A stretch of 64,000 nucleotides of DNA, taken from a virus. Shown one piece after another: positions 40,185 to 49,711 of this stretch. The stretch spans positions 96,001 through 160,000 of IMG/VR virus record IMGVR_UViG_3300030202_003733; one strand, given 5' to 3'. The notes below the pieces were generated by a model. It was not told the DNA's origin. It saw only the letters and a program-made list of their open reading frames with translations, and searched no databases. Position 1 is the stretch's first letter. Every line of letters begins with the position of its first letter. A program made the translations under genes and the position numbers.

Positions 40185-41174
40185 TTAATTTGACCTATTG
40201 TGGCGCGAGCCAATCCACCGGCCACCGCTTGGTTTCATATATTTATTAACCACAGAAAGCTGGTTTGCTTTAAAGACATGAAGCTGTGTCTTAACTAGAG
40301 CTAAATCGTTTATTAATGTATTAAAACTTTTTATAATTAAGTTTGGATCTGGGGCTGTCGGGGACCCGAATCCTGGGGCTATGTGAGTGTGGAATCCTAT
40401 GTAGCTAAAGAGGTCCATGCTGTAAGTAACAAAGTTATCAATGATGCCTGCTAGCTGACCTATAAGACCGTCAGCGGGATCAGCAACCTCCACAAGACAA
40501 TCTGCAAGTTCAAAGGCCTTCGTGATCGGCTGAAGCCTCATCTGTGTCACAGGGGCTCCATCCACTAAATAATTATCAACATTGTCATCATTACCCGCTA
40601 TAAGATCAATACCATAAATAGTACTTATATCACCGCCTTGAGAGTTAGAATCACCAACAGGGGAAGTAGTTAATTTTATACCCTCTCTGCCAACAATTCT
40701 AATCGCATCTGCCTTCATGCCTATGGCTGACCTAGCCTTAGAGAGGCCAACAGTGCCCCTTGGCAAACCCAGATAACCATCTATGTCTGCCTTTTGACTT
40801 ATATAAATTCGCGCTGCGTCAGATATAAAGTTAGGGTTTGCAAAAGTGTCTGTGTCTGCACCAGCTCCCATCCTTCCGACCACCATATCGATCATGCCCG
40901 CTTGGGTGTGTCCATCTCCGCCATAGCCACTTGCCCTACTGCCAAACCTATCCCTACCGAAAACAATCCATTGATTGTTTTCATGACTTATAACCTTTTC
41001 GCACTCTGCTCTGTTCAAACGCGGAATTGGCTCAGTGAGCTTTGTACAATAATAGCCCTGTTTACCAATTGAAGCTTCAACCTCTTTAGCAGCCTTGTTC
41101 CACGCTCTGCTTAGCTTTTTATTAAGTTTTTTGTGGTCTCTAGACTCATTATTTTTACCTATTCCTAATGGCAT
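40185..41174 (-). CDS. Baseplate central spike, gp5 C-terminal-like (beta-helix with HxH tip)
   Basis: SDAARIYISQKADID...SAIGMKADAIRIVGREGIKL short beta-strand repeats; C-terminal FHTH motif; baseplate context. Confidence 0.65.
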   Translation of the reverse strand: MPLGIGKNNESRDHKKLNKKLSRAWNKAAKEVEASIGKQGYYCTKLTEPIPRLNRAECEKVISHENNQWIVFGRDRFGSRASGYGGDGHTQAGMIDMVVGRMGAGADTDTFANPNFISDAARIYISQKADIDGYLGLPRGTVGLSKARSAIGMKADAIRIVGREGIKLTTSPVGDSNSQGGDISTIYGIDLIAGNDDNVDNYLVDGAPVTQMRLQPITKAFELADCLVEVADPADGLIGQLAGIIDNFVTYSMDLFSYIGFHTHIAPGFGSPTAPDPNLIIKSFNTLINDLALVKTQLHVFKANQLSVVNKYMKPSGGRWIGSRHNRSN

Positions 41175-41186
41175 ATATCTTATCCT

Positions 41187-41801
41187 TTACCCGTTACTAC
41201 CAAGCGGTTGTGCGGTATTTTCAGATTTTGAAAATAAATCTTTCGCAGGCTCGCAGATACTTCTAGATGACCCTATGGCTTTTCGCAAAAATTTTAAATA
41301 TTTACCGAAAACCATATTTTTTTGATCTTCAAAATCAACCTCAATTTTATCGCCGGGATTGGGGAACACCATGTCGGGACTTTCAGCATAAAAGACAGGG
41401 TACATGGCATATATCATCCTGTCTTGAATACCCTTTTCAGTCTTAAGAGCCTCTGGGTCAGTGATGCAAGGGACGGGCAGGTCAGGGAATAAGCCGTGAG
41501 GTTTTGCTATGACCTTTATTATGGGTCTGGGGTCTGCTGCTCTACAGAACTTGCCCATCATTGGCACAGTCCCGGTTGGATCCACATAGGATAGTAGACA
41601 TGTGGCCTGATAGGGCCCCTCCTTTAAACCAGCCTTGAGGGCATCCGAGTATACTTTCTCGATAGCCATCTTGACGGTGTCTAAAGTTCCGGCTGAACCG
41701 GGGTCAAGTTTTAAACCAAACCTTTCAAAATTGATATTTTGAAAATTTTCTAAATCTACATCATTTAATATAGTAGTCAGGTCATCGCTTAAATCAGCCA
41801 T
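41187..41801 (-). CDS. gp5 N-terminal OB-fold-like protein (start revised to MADLS at 41801)
   Basis: VFPNPGDKIEVDFED resembles the P-x-x-G-x-x-V-x-V-x-F OB-fold motif of gp5/VgrG; GGAGG SD site precedes 41801. Confidence 0.45.
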   Translation of the reverse strand: MADLSDDLTTILNDVDLENFQNINFERFGLKLDPGSAGTLDTVKMAIEKVYSDALKAGLKEGPYQATCLLSYVDPTGTVPMMGKFCRAADPRPIIKVIAKPHGLFPDLPVPCITDPEALKTEKGIQDRMIYAMYPVFYAESPDMVFPNPGDKIEVDFEDQKNMVFGKYLKFLRKAIGSSRSICEPAKDLFSKSENTAQPLGSNG

Positions 41802-42090
41802 CGTCTGCCGCCTCCTGTTGAATGAGGTCAAACAACTCTTCCCTGTCCTGCGACGACAGTATCTCCGACTCGTTTTGTTTTTTATGAATTATATTACTAA
41901 CTTTCACTAATTGTTCATTCGAGCGCTGCAATGTTTCGACATACTTAGAAGCTATGAGCCCCACTTCTTTGTGATGCTCCTCGCTTCTTGCTATATAAGA
42001 CATAACATCATCGAGAAGCTGTCTTGTAATGGAGCGGTCGCTTTCTATGTTGCTGATTGCTTTTTCTAAATAGTGATCTAATTTTTTCAT
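41794..42090 (-). CDS. Hypothetical coiled-coil protein (start revised to MKKLD at 42090)
   Basis: ATGA overlap with the sigma-factor stop; helical heptad-like sequence. Confidence 0.55.
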   Translation of the reverse strand: MKKLDHYLEKAISNIESDRSITRQLLDDVMSYIARSEEHHKEVGLIASKYVETLQRSNEQLVKVSNIIHKKQNESEILSSQDREELFDLIQQEAADDG

Positions 42091-42788
42091 ATGTCGCCTT
42101 GATTCCATTTAAACCTAAAGGACCTGTACTTAAGCCTAATTTTATTTAAGTTATTTACAACTTGTTTTGTGTTTAAGCCAGTGGCCTCTCTAATATATAA
42201 GTAAATAGCTTTCTTGTTAAAAATTTCTATTTTATCACTTGCATCCATCAGGTCCTTGACGGCATTGAGAACCTTCAATTCATTAACCTTCATAGAACCT
42301 GTGTCCCAGCTTTCTATCTCATACCAGAGCGAAGACCAGAATTCATTTTTTTCTCTGTCCTCGTCATAAAGATTAAAAGTAGCTAGATATTTTATCTCCA
42401 AATCTTTTGGAACATCCTCTAGTTCTACTTCTCTCTTGGTCTTTTGATTATTCTTTTTGACCTTGTGGATAAACCAATTCTTAGTTATAACACTAAAATA
42501 TGAAAAAGCCTTCGACCCCTTTGAGGGATCAAATTTTTCAAGAATGGTAGTCAGCCATATCTTGCACTCCTCCCTGAGGGAATCAATATTTGGCAAGTTT
42601 GTAAATTTATACGTAAAAACAATTTTATCAACCAGTTCACTAAACGCCGGTTCTATATGTTCAACATACAACTGGGTCCTTTCTCTAGGGTCCATGGAGG
42701 AGTTGTACCTTATAATGGCACCTTCAGTTACAGAAGTAAAATAACTTTTCCCCTTTTTTCTACGCCGTCTCCGAGTCGCCATCGTCAT
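42087..42788 (-). CDS. Phage RNA polymerase sigma factor (putative late sigma)
   Basis: Region-2-like ELVDKIVFTYKF...LEKFDPSKGSKAFSYFSVITKNWFI; C-terminal HTH-like IYLYIREATGLNTKQVVNNL. Confidence 0.75.
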   Translation of the reverse strand: MTMATRRRRRKKGKSYFTSVTEGAIIRYNSSMDPRERTQLYVEHIEPAFSELVDKIVFTYKFTNLPNIDSLREECKIWLTTILEKFDPSKGSKAFSYFSVITKNWFIHKVKKNNQKTKREVELEDVPKDLEIKYLATFNLYDEDREKNEFWSSLWYEIESWDTGSMKVNELKVLNAVKDLMDASDKIEIFNKKAIYLYIREATGLNTKQVVNNLNKIRLKYRSFRFKWNQGDI

Positions 42789-43077
42789 CCTCCTCTATTT
42801 CTTCTTCAACCTCGGTCAACAAGAGGATTGACTCATAATCATCAAATAATTCTGCTAGACCCCTTGCGTGTCTCAGTAGAGCCTTCAGTGTTTCGTCCCC
42901 ATAAAACATCTCCAGCCCATACACTTTATTTAAATGATTTCCAAACTTAAGCACTTCATCATATAAGTCATTTAGATTCTCAGAAATATATAATAAATTA
43001 GACAAAAGTTTTCTTGTATACCAGAACAAGAAAATATTTAGCGAAAAAGATACAGCCAATAAAAAGTATTCTACCAT
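42760..43077 (-). CDS. Hypothetical protein with an N-terminal transmembrane helix and coiled coil
   Basis: YFLLAVSFSLNIFLFWY hydrophobic segment; acidic tail. Confidence 0.55.
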   Translation of the reverse strand: MVEYFLLAVSFSLNIFLFWYTRKLLSNLLYISENLNDLYDEVLKFGNHLNKVYGLEMFYGDETLKALLRHARGLAELFDDYESILLLTEVEEEIEEDDDGDSETA

Positions 43078-43343
43078 TAAATTTTATGCCCCTTCTTAAG
43101 CGTCTGCTTTTCTTTTTTGATCTCTCCCCTTGTGTCCTCTATAAATTCCTTTACAAGGTCCCCAGGGCTACCTCCACCCTGGGGGGCATCAGACTTAGTC
43201 GTAAATATAGCCGGCTCTCTAGCAAGCGAACCATAGGTGCTACAAGCCGAACATTTATCGTCGGCTCCCAGAATAGAAGTCATAGAGTGAACATAAGTTT
43301 GAGTCGCCATACATTCAAGGCACCTATAAATGTATCTAGGCAC
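43077..43343 (-). CDS. FmdB-like zinc-ribbon protein (start revised to GTG at 43343)
   Basis: (M)PRYIYRCLEC...CSAC; AGGAA SD site upstream. Confidence 0.7.
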   Translation of the reverse strand: MPRYIYRCLECMATQTYVHSMTSILGADDKCSACSTYGSLAREPAIFTTKSDAPQGGGSPGDLVKEFIEDTRGEIKKEKQTLKKGHKI

Positions 43344-43581
43344 CGGAATTCCTATCTGCGTCTGCAATCATATCTGCTACCCATGAGTCGGCCTCATCTG
43401 TCTCAGGTTTATCATCAAACTTTATGATCGGAGGGTTTTTAATAATCAGACCCTGATCGGAGTTTTCTATAACAAAACTTTTTAAAACAGGTACAATGTC
43501 TGTTTGTTCCATGAGTGACCTTTGAAGGGCCATCATTACGGCTCCAAGAGCCTGGTCTGATAAGTGATACGTCGATTTCAT
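43336..43581 (-). CDS. Small hypothetical protein
   Basis: AGGAGA SD site, co-oriented and overlapping its neighbour. Confidence 0.6.
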   Translation of the reverse strand: MKSTYHLSDQALGAVMMALQRSLMEQTDIVPVLKSFVIENSDQGLIIKNPPIIKFDDKPETDEADSWVADMIADADRNSGA

Positions 43582-43593
43582 TTTATTTCTCCT

Positions 43594-44565
43594 TTACCAT
43601 CTAAAACGAATTTTGCAATCATTAACAATTTTATCAATTTCTTGATCAAATATTTTTTTAGGCTTCCAGCCTAAATCTCTAAGTTTTTTATCATCTATTG
43701 AATACCTGACGTCTTGCCCTTTCCTGATGTAAGAGAAATCCAGAAGATCTAAGTATTCGCTATATTCTTCCTCGTGGTTGCCGTTGAAAAATGAATTTAT
43801 TATTTTTCTTGTTGTGTCTATATTTTTTTGTTCAAAGCCGCCCGCTACATTAAATATTTCGTTTACGACACCAGATTCAATTATTTTAATTACAGCTTGT
43901 GCTGTGTCTTCCACATGAAGCCAATTCCTATAAGGTTCGCCATGATCGTGTAACCTAATTTTTCTCCCCCTTTGAAGCTGTTTAACAACAAGAGGAATAA
44001 GTTTTTCTGGGTATTGGCCCACGCCGTAGTTATTTGTCGGTCGCAGGATTACATAGTCTAAGCCATAAGTTCTTGCCCAGGCATTTATCAACATGTCAGC
44101 AGAAGCTTTAGAGGCCGAGTAGGGGTTGCTAGGTAGCAGAGAAGCGCTTTCATCATGCGAGCCTTCCTCAATGTCCCCATAAACCTCATCGGTACTAAAA
44201 TGAAATAAGACCGGTTTCTTGGTAACATTTTTTGGTTTATGTTTTAAAATATCCAGTAGGTTTTTTACGCCGACGATATTACTCTTAATAAAGTCACTAC
44301 TGTCTATAATACTGTTACCAACATGTGTCTCCGCAGCAACGTTAATTATATAATCGCAATCAGGTATGTGTTTTATATCGGCTATATCTGCGTTTAGAAA
44401 AGTAAAATTGTAAGTATTGGGCATACGCTCCAGGAACGACATATAATTGCAAGCAGCGTATGTCTTACTGTCTATACCATAAACCTTCCACCCTTTTTTT
44501 AAACAAGCCTTGGTGACCTCAGAGCCGATAAAACCAAGACAACCAGTTACAACTACAAGCTTCAT
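43594..44565 (-). CDS. rfbB: dTDP-glucose 4,6-dehydratase
   Basis: VTGCLGFIGS, AAETHV, HFSTDEVYG, YSASKAS, NNYG..QYPEKLIP. Confidence 0.9.
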   Translation of the reverse strand: MKLVVVTGCLGFIGSEVTKACLKKGWKVYGIDSKTYAACNYMSFLERMPNTYNFTFLNADIADIKHIPDCDYIINVAAETHVGNSIIDSSDFIKSNIVGVKNLLDILKHKPKNVTKKPVLFHFSTDEVYGDIEEGSHDESASLLPSNPYSASKASADMLINAWARTYGLDYVILRPTNNYGVGQYPEKLIPLVVKQLQRGRKIRLHDHGEPYRNWLHVEDTAQAVIKIIESGVVNEIFNVAGGFEQKNIDTTRKIINSFFNGNHEEEYSEYLDLLDFSYIRKGQDVRYSIDDKKLRDLGWKPKKIFDQEIDKIVNDCKIRFRW

Positions 44566-45917
44566 TTTTTAAACTCCTCAAAAAAATTATCTACTGTTGT
44601 TTTGATGTAATTGATCTTTTCATCCGTAAGCCCCAAATATGTACCAAGAAACACTGAGCCCTTTGTGGCTAGGTCTGCATTGGGGAATTTAGATTTTAGA
44701 TCACTGTAATTAGAGGCAAAAGATTTATAAGCCGGATGATAGAGAGCATTACCTGTAAAATAGGCTCTTGTTTGGATCTTATTTGCCTCCATATAGTTAA
44801 CAAATTCTTGCCTACTAAATGGGGCCGTAGGCTTTACAATTAATAAAAACCCAAACCAACAGGGGTCTGATTTTTCGGTTGCCTCTGGCAGCAAGAAATA
44901 ATCATTATATTTTTTGAATATGTTATATATCTTTTCAAAATTATCTCTGCGAGCTTGTTCCATCCTGGGAAGTTTTTTAAGTTGGGTCAGGCCTAGCGCT
45001 GCTTGCATATCTATGGGCTTGAGATTGTATCCAACTTCATCAAACACATACCTATGGTCATAAGTTATCTCTTGACATCCCGGTAGCCAGTTCTTGAATC
45101 TGTCGCCACATGCAGTGCCTCCAGTTACGTCCCCTGGCTTTTTAACATTACAATAACAAGCGCGACCCCAATCTCTAAAACTAGCTAGGGACATTTTTAG
45201 TCTAGCCTTATCAGTTGCCACAAAACCACCTTCACCCATTGTCATATGGTGGGCAGGATAAAAAGAGCACGTTGACATGACTCCGAAGGAGCCTAGTTTT
45301 TTACCATCGTAAAACGAACCCAACGCATCACATGCATCTTCAAGAAATATCAGATCATATTTGTCTACAATAGCCATTAATCGATCCATATCCGGCGGAT
45401 TACCCAAAACATGAGCGAACATGATCGCCTTAATTTCTTTATTTTTATCGTTAGATAAGACTTCCTCAACCGCGTTTAGATCGATATTTAAGCTAGGCAT
45501 TTCGACATCCACAAATACCGGTACCAAGTTGTTTTGTATTATTGGGTTGATAGTTGTAGGGAAACACACAACGGGTGTAATAACCTTGTCGCCATCTTTT
45601 AGGCGGTATTTCTCCGGAGTTTTGTTTTCCGATTTTAAACATGAGACCATTAATAAGTTAGCAGAACTGCCAGAGTTAGTTAAAATTCCCTGCCTCTTAC
45701 CAAGGTATCTCGGAAATAAAAATTCAAATTCAGCCGCATTCTTACCAAACACAAGCCATTCACTTAGTAAGGACTCTATAGCTCTTTGATATTCTTCGGC
45801 ATCATAGCTTGGACCAGAGTATTTGACCCAGTCACCAGGAGACCATGTATCCCCAAGCCTTTTGTCATCGATATACTCGCCGACCAAGTCTAATATCTGT
45901 TTTAATTTACCTTCCAT
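44562..45917 (-). CDS. rfbH: CDP-6-deoxy-D-xylo-4-hexulose 3-dehydrase (E1, RfbH/DdhC)
   Basis: TNSGSSANL; SFYPAHHMTMGEGG with His at the position of the DegT Schiff-base Lys; RDWGRACYC...C Fe-S Cys cluster; YDHRYVF. Confidence 0.88.
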   Translation of the reverse strand: MEGKLKQILDLVGEYIDDKRLGDTWSPGDWVKYSGPSYDAEEYQRAIESLLSEWLVFGKNAAEFEFLFPRYLGKRQGILTNSGSSANLLMVSCLKSENKTPEKYRLKDGDKVITPVVCFPTTINPIIQNNLVPVFVDVEMPSLNIDLNAVEEVLSNDKNKEIKAIMFAHVLGNPPDMDRLMAIVDKYDLIFLEDACDALGSFYDGKKLGSFGVMSTCSFYPAHHMTMGEGGFVATDKARLKMSLASFRDWGRACYCNVKKPGDVTGGTACGDRFKNWLPGCQEITYDHRYVFDEVGYNLKPIDMQAALGLTQLKKLPRMEQARRDNFEKIYNIFKKYNDYFLLPEATEKSDPCWFGFLLIVKPTAPFSRQEFVNYMEANKIQTRAYFTGNALYHPAYKSFASNYSDLKSKFPNADLATKGSVFLGTYLGLTDEKINYIKTTVDNFFEEFKK

Positions 45918-46308
45918 CTTGGGTTCCTTTTAATACACTAGTTGTAGAATATCCGACTAATCTTTTAAAATATAACTTATTATCAACTAAATGGCCACCA
46001 ATTATTTTTTTATTTTTCCAATCATCCCCAACAACCATCACCTGGGGTTTTGCTAGCTCTATCTGGGCTTCCAGCTCATTATCTGTACCAAAGCACACAA
46101 CCTCATCGATATATTTTATAGACTGCAAAAGAAATATTCTGTCTTCCAGTTTATTCACAGGCCTGGAGTCCCCTTTACTTTTAGATACTCTATCGTCCTC
46201 GTCTACTCCAACCACTAGATAGTCCCCTTGTGATTTCGCATATTTAAATAACTCAATATGACCCCTATGAAGAACGTCGAAGCAACCGTTTACCCATACT
46301 TTTTTCAT
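45907..46308 (-). CDS. HldE/RfaE domain II-like sugar-1-phosphate nucleotidyltransferase (start revised to 46308)
   Basis: GCFDVLHRGH (HxGH), KGDSRPVN, C-terminal GYSTT; ATGA overlap. Confidence 0.85.
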   Translation of the reverse strand: MKKVWVNGCFDVLHRGHIELFKYAKSQGDYLVVGVDEDDRVSKSKGDSRPVNKLEDRIFLLQSIKYIDEVVCFGTDNELEAQIELAKPQVMVVGDDWKNKKIIGGHLVDNKLYFKRLVGYSTTSVLKGTQDGR

Positions 46309-47039
46309 AGAGTACTGACTCCTCTCTTTTGGACTACCACTGTAGCGCAATTGTTGGCATGTTCAATCGCTTGTTCTATATTACCTTTCTCTAAGAACTT
46401 TACAACCAAGCCAGAGATAAACGTATCACCAGCCCCAGAAGAGTCTTTCATTTCTACACTCTTAACCGGATAAGTCGTACCTTTAAATAAACACCCACCC
46501 TCGCCAAGAGTTATAATAAGTTTTTCCATCATTTCGTCGCTAACTGTATGCCTTGTTTTATTTAATTCATAAATATTTATTTTTATATACAAAGCATTCT
46601 TGCACCAATCTCCAAGTGTTTTCTTTGTATCCAAAAAGACGCATTTGTGTGAATCACATATTTTTTTAATTACCTCTTCGGATATAAAACCCTTGTTGTA
46701 GTCTGATATAATTACTGCGTCATAGTCGTTTATGTTTCTTAGTCCATAAGTGTCTATTTTGGTATACCCGTCGCCCTCAAAATCAACTCTAATAAACATT
46801 TGATTTCTCTTCTCGTCAACGTATCTAACTTTTTCAATCAACTCCCATTTAGAATTTGTTATGATATCACAATCTACAGACATTGAACTAATATTATTAT
46901 GCACATTCATTGCCATTCCACCATTTTCAGTTTTGTGCGTAGGATTAAACACTGGGACTGGTGCCTCCGGACACAGCCTGTGGCACGAACCATAGTGAAA
47001 AACGTCTTTGCAACTTTCCCCTATAACCAATACTCTCAT
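46305..47039 (-). CDS. HldE/RfaE domain I-like sugar kinase (PfkB family)
   Basis: RLCPEAPVPV, GGMAMNV, SDYNKG, DSSGAGDTF. Confidence 0.85.
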   Translation of the reverse strand: MRVLVIGESCKDVFHYGSCHRLCPEAPVPVFNPTHKTENGGMAMNVHNNISSMSVDCDIITNSKWELIEKVRYVDEKRNQMFIRVDFEGDGYTKIDTYGLRNINDYDAVIISDYNKGFISEEVIKKICDSHKCVFLDTKKTLGDWCKNALYIKINIYELNKTRHTVSDEMMEKLIITLGEGGCLFKGTTYPVKSVEMKDSSGAGDTFISGLVVKFLEKGNIEQAIEHANNCATVVVQKRGVSTL

Positions 47040-47040
47040 T

Positions 47041-48201
47041 TTAACCCCTTATCAAATCGCATATAAAATCTATTTCGTGAGCCTCCAACTCAGGATAGTT
47101 TGGAACAAAAAAACCACAAGAATGTATTTTATTACTCATCTCGTCATCAAATCTTCCATATCTCTCCACCCAAAAAGGGTGTAATCCAAGGTTACCAGCA
47201 CTAAAAATTCTTGTTTCAACGCCATTTTCTACAAGACGAGATACAATTTCTTTTCTGTGTTCAATATTGTCAGCGATAGCGCCAAAAGATATGGAAACGG
47301 GGTTGTTGTCTCCCCAGTCCTGGAAACTCACCACGCCAGAAAGGTTTTCCGCGTATCTTTTATGGTTCCTATTCCTAAGAGCTTTAATCTCCTCTGCGCG
47401 GTCAATCTGCCTAAGTCCTAGAAAAGCCTGTAGATCCGTGGACCTCAGATTGAAACCAGGCACAAAAAATGTGAATGGCTTATGAAAATCATCAACATTG
47501 TTTTTTTCTATGAGATGATCATAAGATTCTTGATCCAAATCCTTGCCCCAACCGTGACTTCGCAGCATTAAAAGCATATCATATAATTCTTTATCGTTCG
47601 TGTTTACCATGCCACCCTCGATAGTTGACAACTGGTGACCGAAATAGAATGAAAATGATGACATATCTCCGATTGTACCAACCATAGAGCCATCAGAGTA
47701 CGAAGCGCCAAGAGCAGCACACGCATCCTCTAGTAGACAAAAGCCATACTTTTCTTTTAATTCAAGCATTCTTTTTTTATAATGAGGAACTCCAAGAACT
47801 TGAACAAAAATAACAGCGTCAGGTTTTTCTTTCTTGCAAACCTCTTCCAATTGATCTAAATCAATACCGTATGTTTTAGGATCCGCGCCGACCATGATTG
47901 GAGTTAACCCTAGTTGGATAGCTGGGGATATTGTGGTCACCCAGCCAACTGATGGGACGACAATTTTCTTGTTTTCTATCCTCCCCGACATCATAGCAGT
48001 GGCCACCATAAGCAAGTTAGCAGAGGAGCCAGAATTGTTAAAAACAGCGTGTTTTGTGCCAATAAATTCAGCCCATTTGTCCTCTACATCCCAGGTGAGA
48101 TTTCCCTTTGTGAGCCTGGGGTATGTCTTTAACCAGTCACAAAGCGCGTTAATATCTTCATCATTAATTGTTTCTTTAGCTAATGGATATTTAATATTCA
48201 T
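47041..48201 (-). CDS. DegT-fold PLP enzyme, ColD-like NDP-4-keto-6-deoxysugar 3-dehydratase
   Basis: NSGSSANLL, LEDACAALG, SFYFGHQLSTIEGG (His replaces the aminotransferase Lys), MLRSHGW, GFNLRSTD. Confidence 0.75.
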   Translation of the reverse strand: MNIKYPLAKETINDEDINALCDWLKTYPRLTKGNLTWDVEDKWAEFIGTKHAVFNNSGSSANLLMVATAMMSGRIENKKIVVPSVGWVTTISPAIQLGLTPIMVGADPKTYGIDLDQLEEVCKKEKPDAVIFVQVLGVPHYKKRMLELKEKYGFCLLEDACAALGASYSDGSMVGTIGDMSSFSFYFGHQLSTIEGGMVNTNDKELYDMLLMLRSHGWGKDLDQESYDHLIEKNNVDDFHKPFTFFVPGFNLRSTDLQAFLGLRQIDRAEEIKALRNRNHKRYAENLSGVVSFQDWGDNNPVSISFGAIADNIEHRKEIVSRLVENGVETRIFSAGNLGLHPFWVERYGRFDDEMSNKIHSCGFFVPNYPELEAHEIDFICDLIRG

Positions 48202-48737
48202 AGTCTAACCTCCTTTAATTTAATTCCATGTTTATCTCTGTCCGACAATATTGGTGATTTTATAGCCCAATCCACGCCAAGATCGGGGTCATCCCACGCA
48301 ACTGTCACTTGATTTTCCGGGCCGTTATATTCCTTTGACCATTTATAGTAAAATACGCACTTATCTGATAGACATAAATGTGCATTCACACACCCGGCTG
48401 GGACTACTACGACCGTAGGCTCGTTGTCCGAAACCAGATAAGTTTGTACATTCCCATATGTCTCTGAGCCTTTTCTCGTGTCCGCGACTGCAAACTGAAA
48501 CTGCCCGCTCAAACACGAGACCAATTTTGCCGTGTAGGGATCGCCGTGGAACCCTCTAAGAACTCCGAATCTTGAGATAGTAATTTTATCGGCAACAAAC
48601 TTATGGTCGCAAAATTCATCTTCTCTTTCAGAATATAATGTCCATATTTCACCCCTAAAGTCTTGAAATGTATCTAAGGTTATCTTGCATAAACCATTTA
48701 TTTTGTCAGAGTGATCATATCTTTTAATAACATTCAT
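48198..48737 (-). CDS. rfbC: dTDP-4-dehydrorhamnose 3,5-epimerase family
   Basis: FQDFRG, GVLRGFHG, KLVSCLSG, VPAGCVNAH, WDDPDLGVDW. Confidence 0.85.
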   Translation of the reverse strand: MNVIKRYDHSDKINGLCKITLDTFQDFRGEIWTLYSEREDEFCDHKFVADKITISRFGVLRGFHGDPYTAKLVSCLSGQFQFAVADTRKGSETYGNVQTYLVSDNEPTVVVVPAGCVNAHLCLSDKCVFYYKWSKEYNGPENQVTVAWDDPDLGVDWAIKSPILSDRDKHGIKLKEVRL

Positions 48738-49711
48738 CCTAGCTCCTTACAAAATTCAACAACCTTGCCGCATATATCATCAGAGGATAATCCATTATTA
48801 TCAATATGGTGGTCCCTATTGCCATTTTCAAAAATATATCTTTCCGGGAGTCCGATTCTAAGAACATCTTTCTTTAAACCAGCATCTGACAGGGCCTCTA
48901 GGACCGAAGAGCCGAATCCGCCAGATAATGTTTGTTCTTCTACTGTGACAATAACGTCATATTCTTTCACCGTATTGTGGAACAATTTAGTATTTATAGG
49001 CTTTATTCTCCACATATCCACAACAGATACCTCATAACCCCCAAAACTTAAAGCCTTCTGCGCCTCGCACACCCTGCCTAGCATATAACCACTAGACAGA
49101 ATACATATTTTAAGTTTATCAGGGTTTCTTGGCTCGGAAAGTCCGGGTTTGGCGATCCGAATACCAGTTTTTATAGCGTGGCTCCCAGAAAGCCAAGAGG
49201 GGTAGGCTGACTCCATAACCTCGGCGTGTTTCCTCTCAAGTCTTATGTACCTAAGTTTTGGTTCTTCGCACGTTAAATTAACCAGATCTTTGACCATGGT
49301 GTTGTTGCTAGGAGAATATATCTCTATACCGCACAAGGATTTCATATATGCCATGTCCTCGTTGGGACAATGTGCAGGGCCTGCTGGCGAGTATCCGAGG
49401 GCGACACCATTTCCCAAGATTGTAATAGGATTATCAGCCATAGCACAAGAATATCTAATTTGCTCAAAGCATCTGGCTACCCAGCAGGCCATGAAATATA
49501 CATAGGCCTTTTTACCATTAGCTGCCAGACCGGCTGCAAAGTTTATGGCGTTCTGTTCCGAAATGCCAGCGGCGAAAAATTGCTCCGGTAAATCGCTTCT
49601 CCAGCGGTCCAAGGATGGAGCACCCATATCAACTGATATTAGACAAATATCTTTATCCAATTTCGCTCGTTCAAAAAGGTTAGAAATAAATGTATCTCTT
49701 TGTGACATCAT
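48734..49711 (-). CDS. Transketolase, C-terminal (pyrimidine-binding) subunit
   Basis: AGISEQNAINFAAGLA, GPAHCPNED, YIRL, VTVEEQTLSGGFGSSVLE. Confidence 0.9.
   Translation of the reverse strand: MMSQRDTFISNLFERAKLDKDICLISVDMGAPSLDRWRSDLPEQFFAAGISEQNAINFAAGLAANGKKAYVYFMACWVARCFEQIRYSCAMADNPITILGNGVALGYSPAGPAHCPNEDMAYMKSLCGIEIYSPSNNTMVKDLVNLTCEEPKLRYIRLERKHAEVMESAYPSWLSGSHAIKTGIRIAKPGLSEPRNPDKLKICILSSGYMLGRVCEAQKALSFGGYEVSVVDMWRIKPINTKLFHNTVKEYDVIVTVEEQTLSGGFGSSVLEALSDAGLKKDVLRIGLPERYIFENGNRDHHIDNNGLSSDDICGKVVEFCKELG

Noticed and set aside
29674-41801. Interpretation as a bacterial eCIS, tailocin or T6SS locus
   Set aside because: It is flanked by phage-type primase, RuvC, SbcD and a sigma factor, with no bacterial housekeeping genes.
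42750-42782. MATRRRRRKK looks like a nuclear localisation signal
   Set aside because: The context is prokaryotic; a basic N-terminal tail on a nucleic-acid-binding protein needs no further explanation.
44562-48201. Annotation of the two DegT-fold genes as sugar aminotransferases
   Set aside because: Both have His at the position of the Schiff-base Lys, which points to 3-dehydratases.
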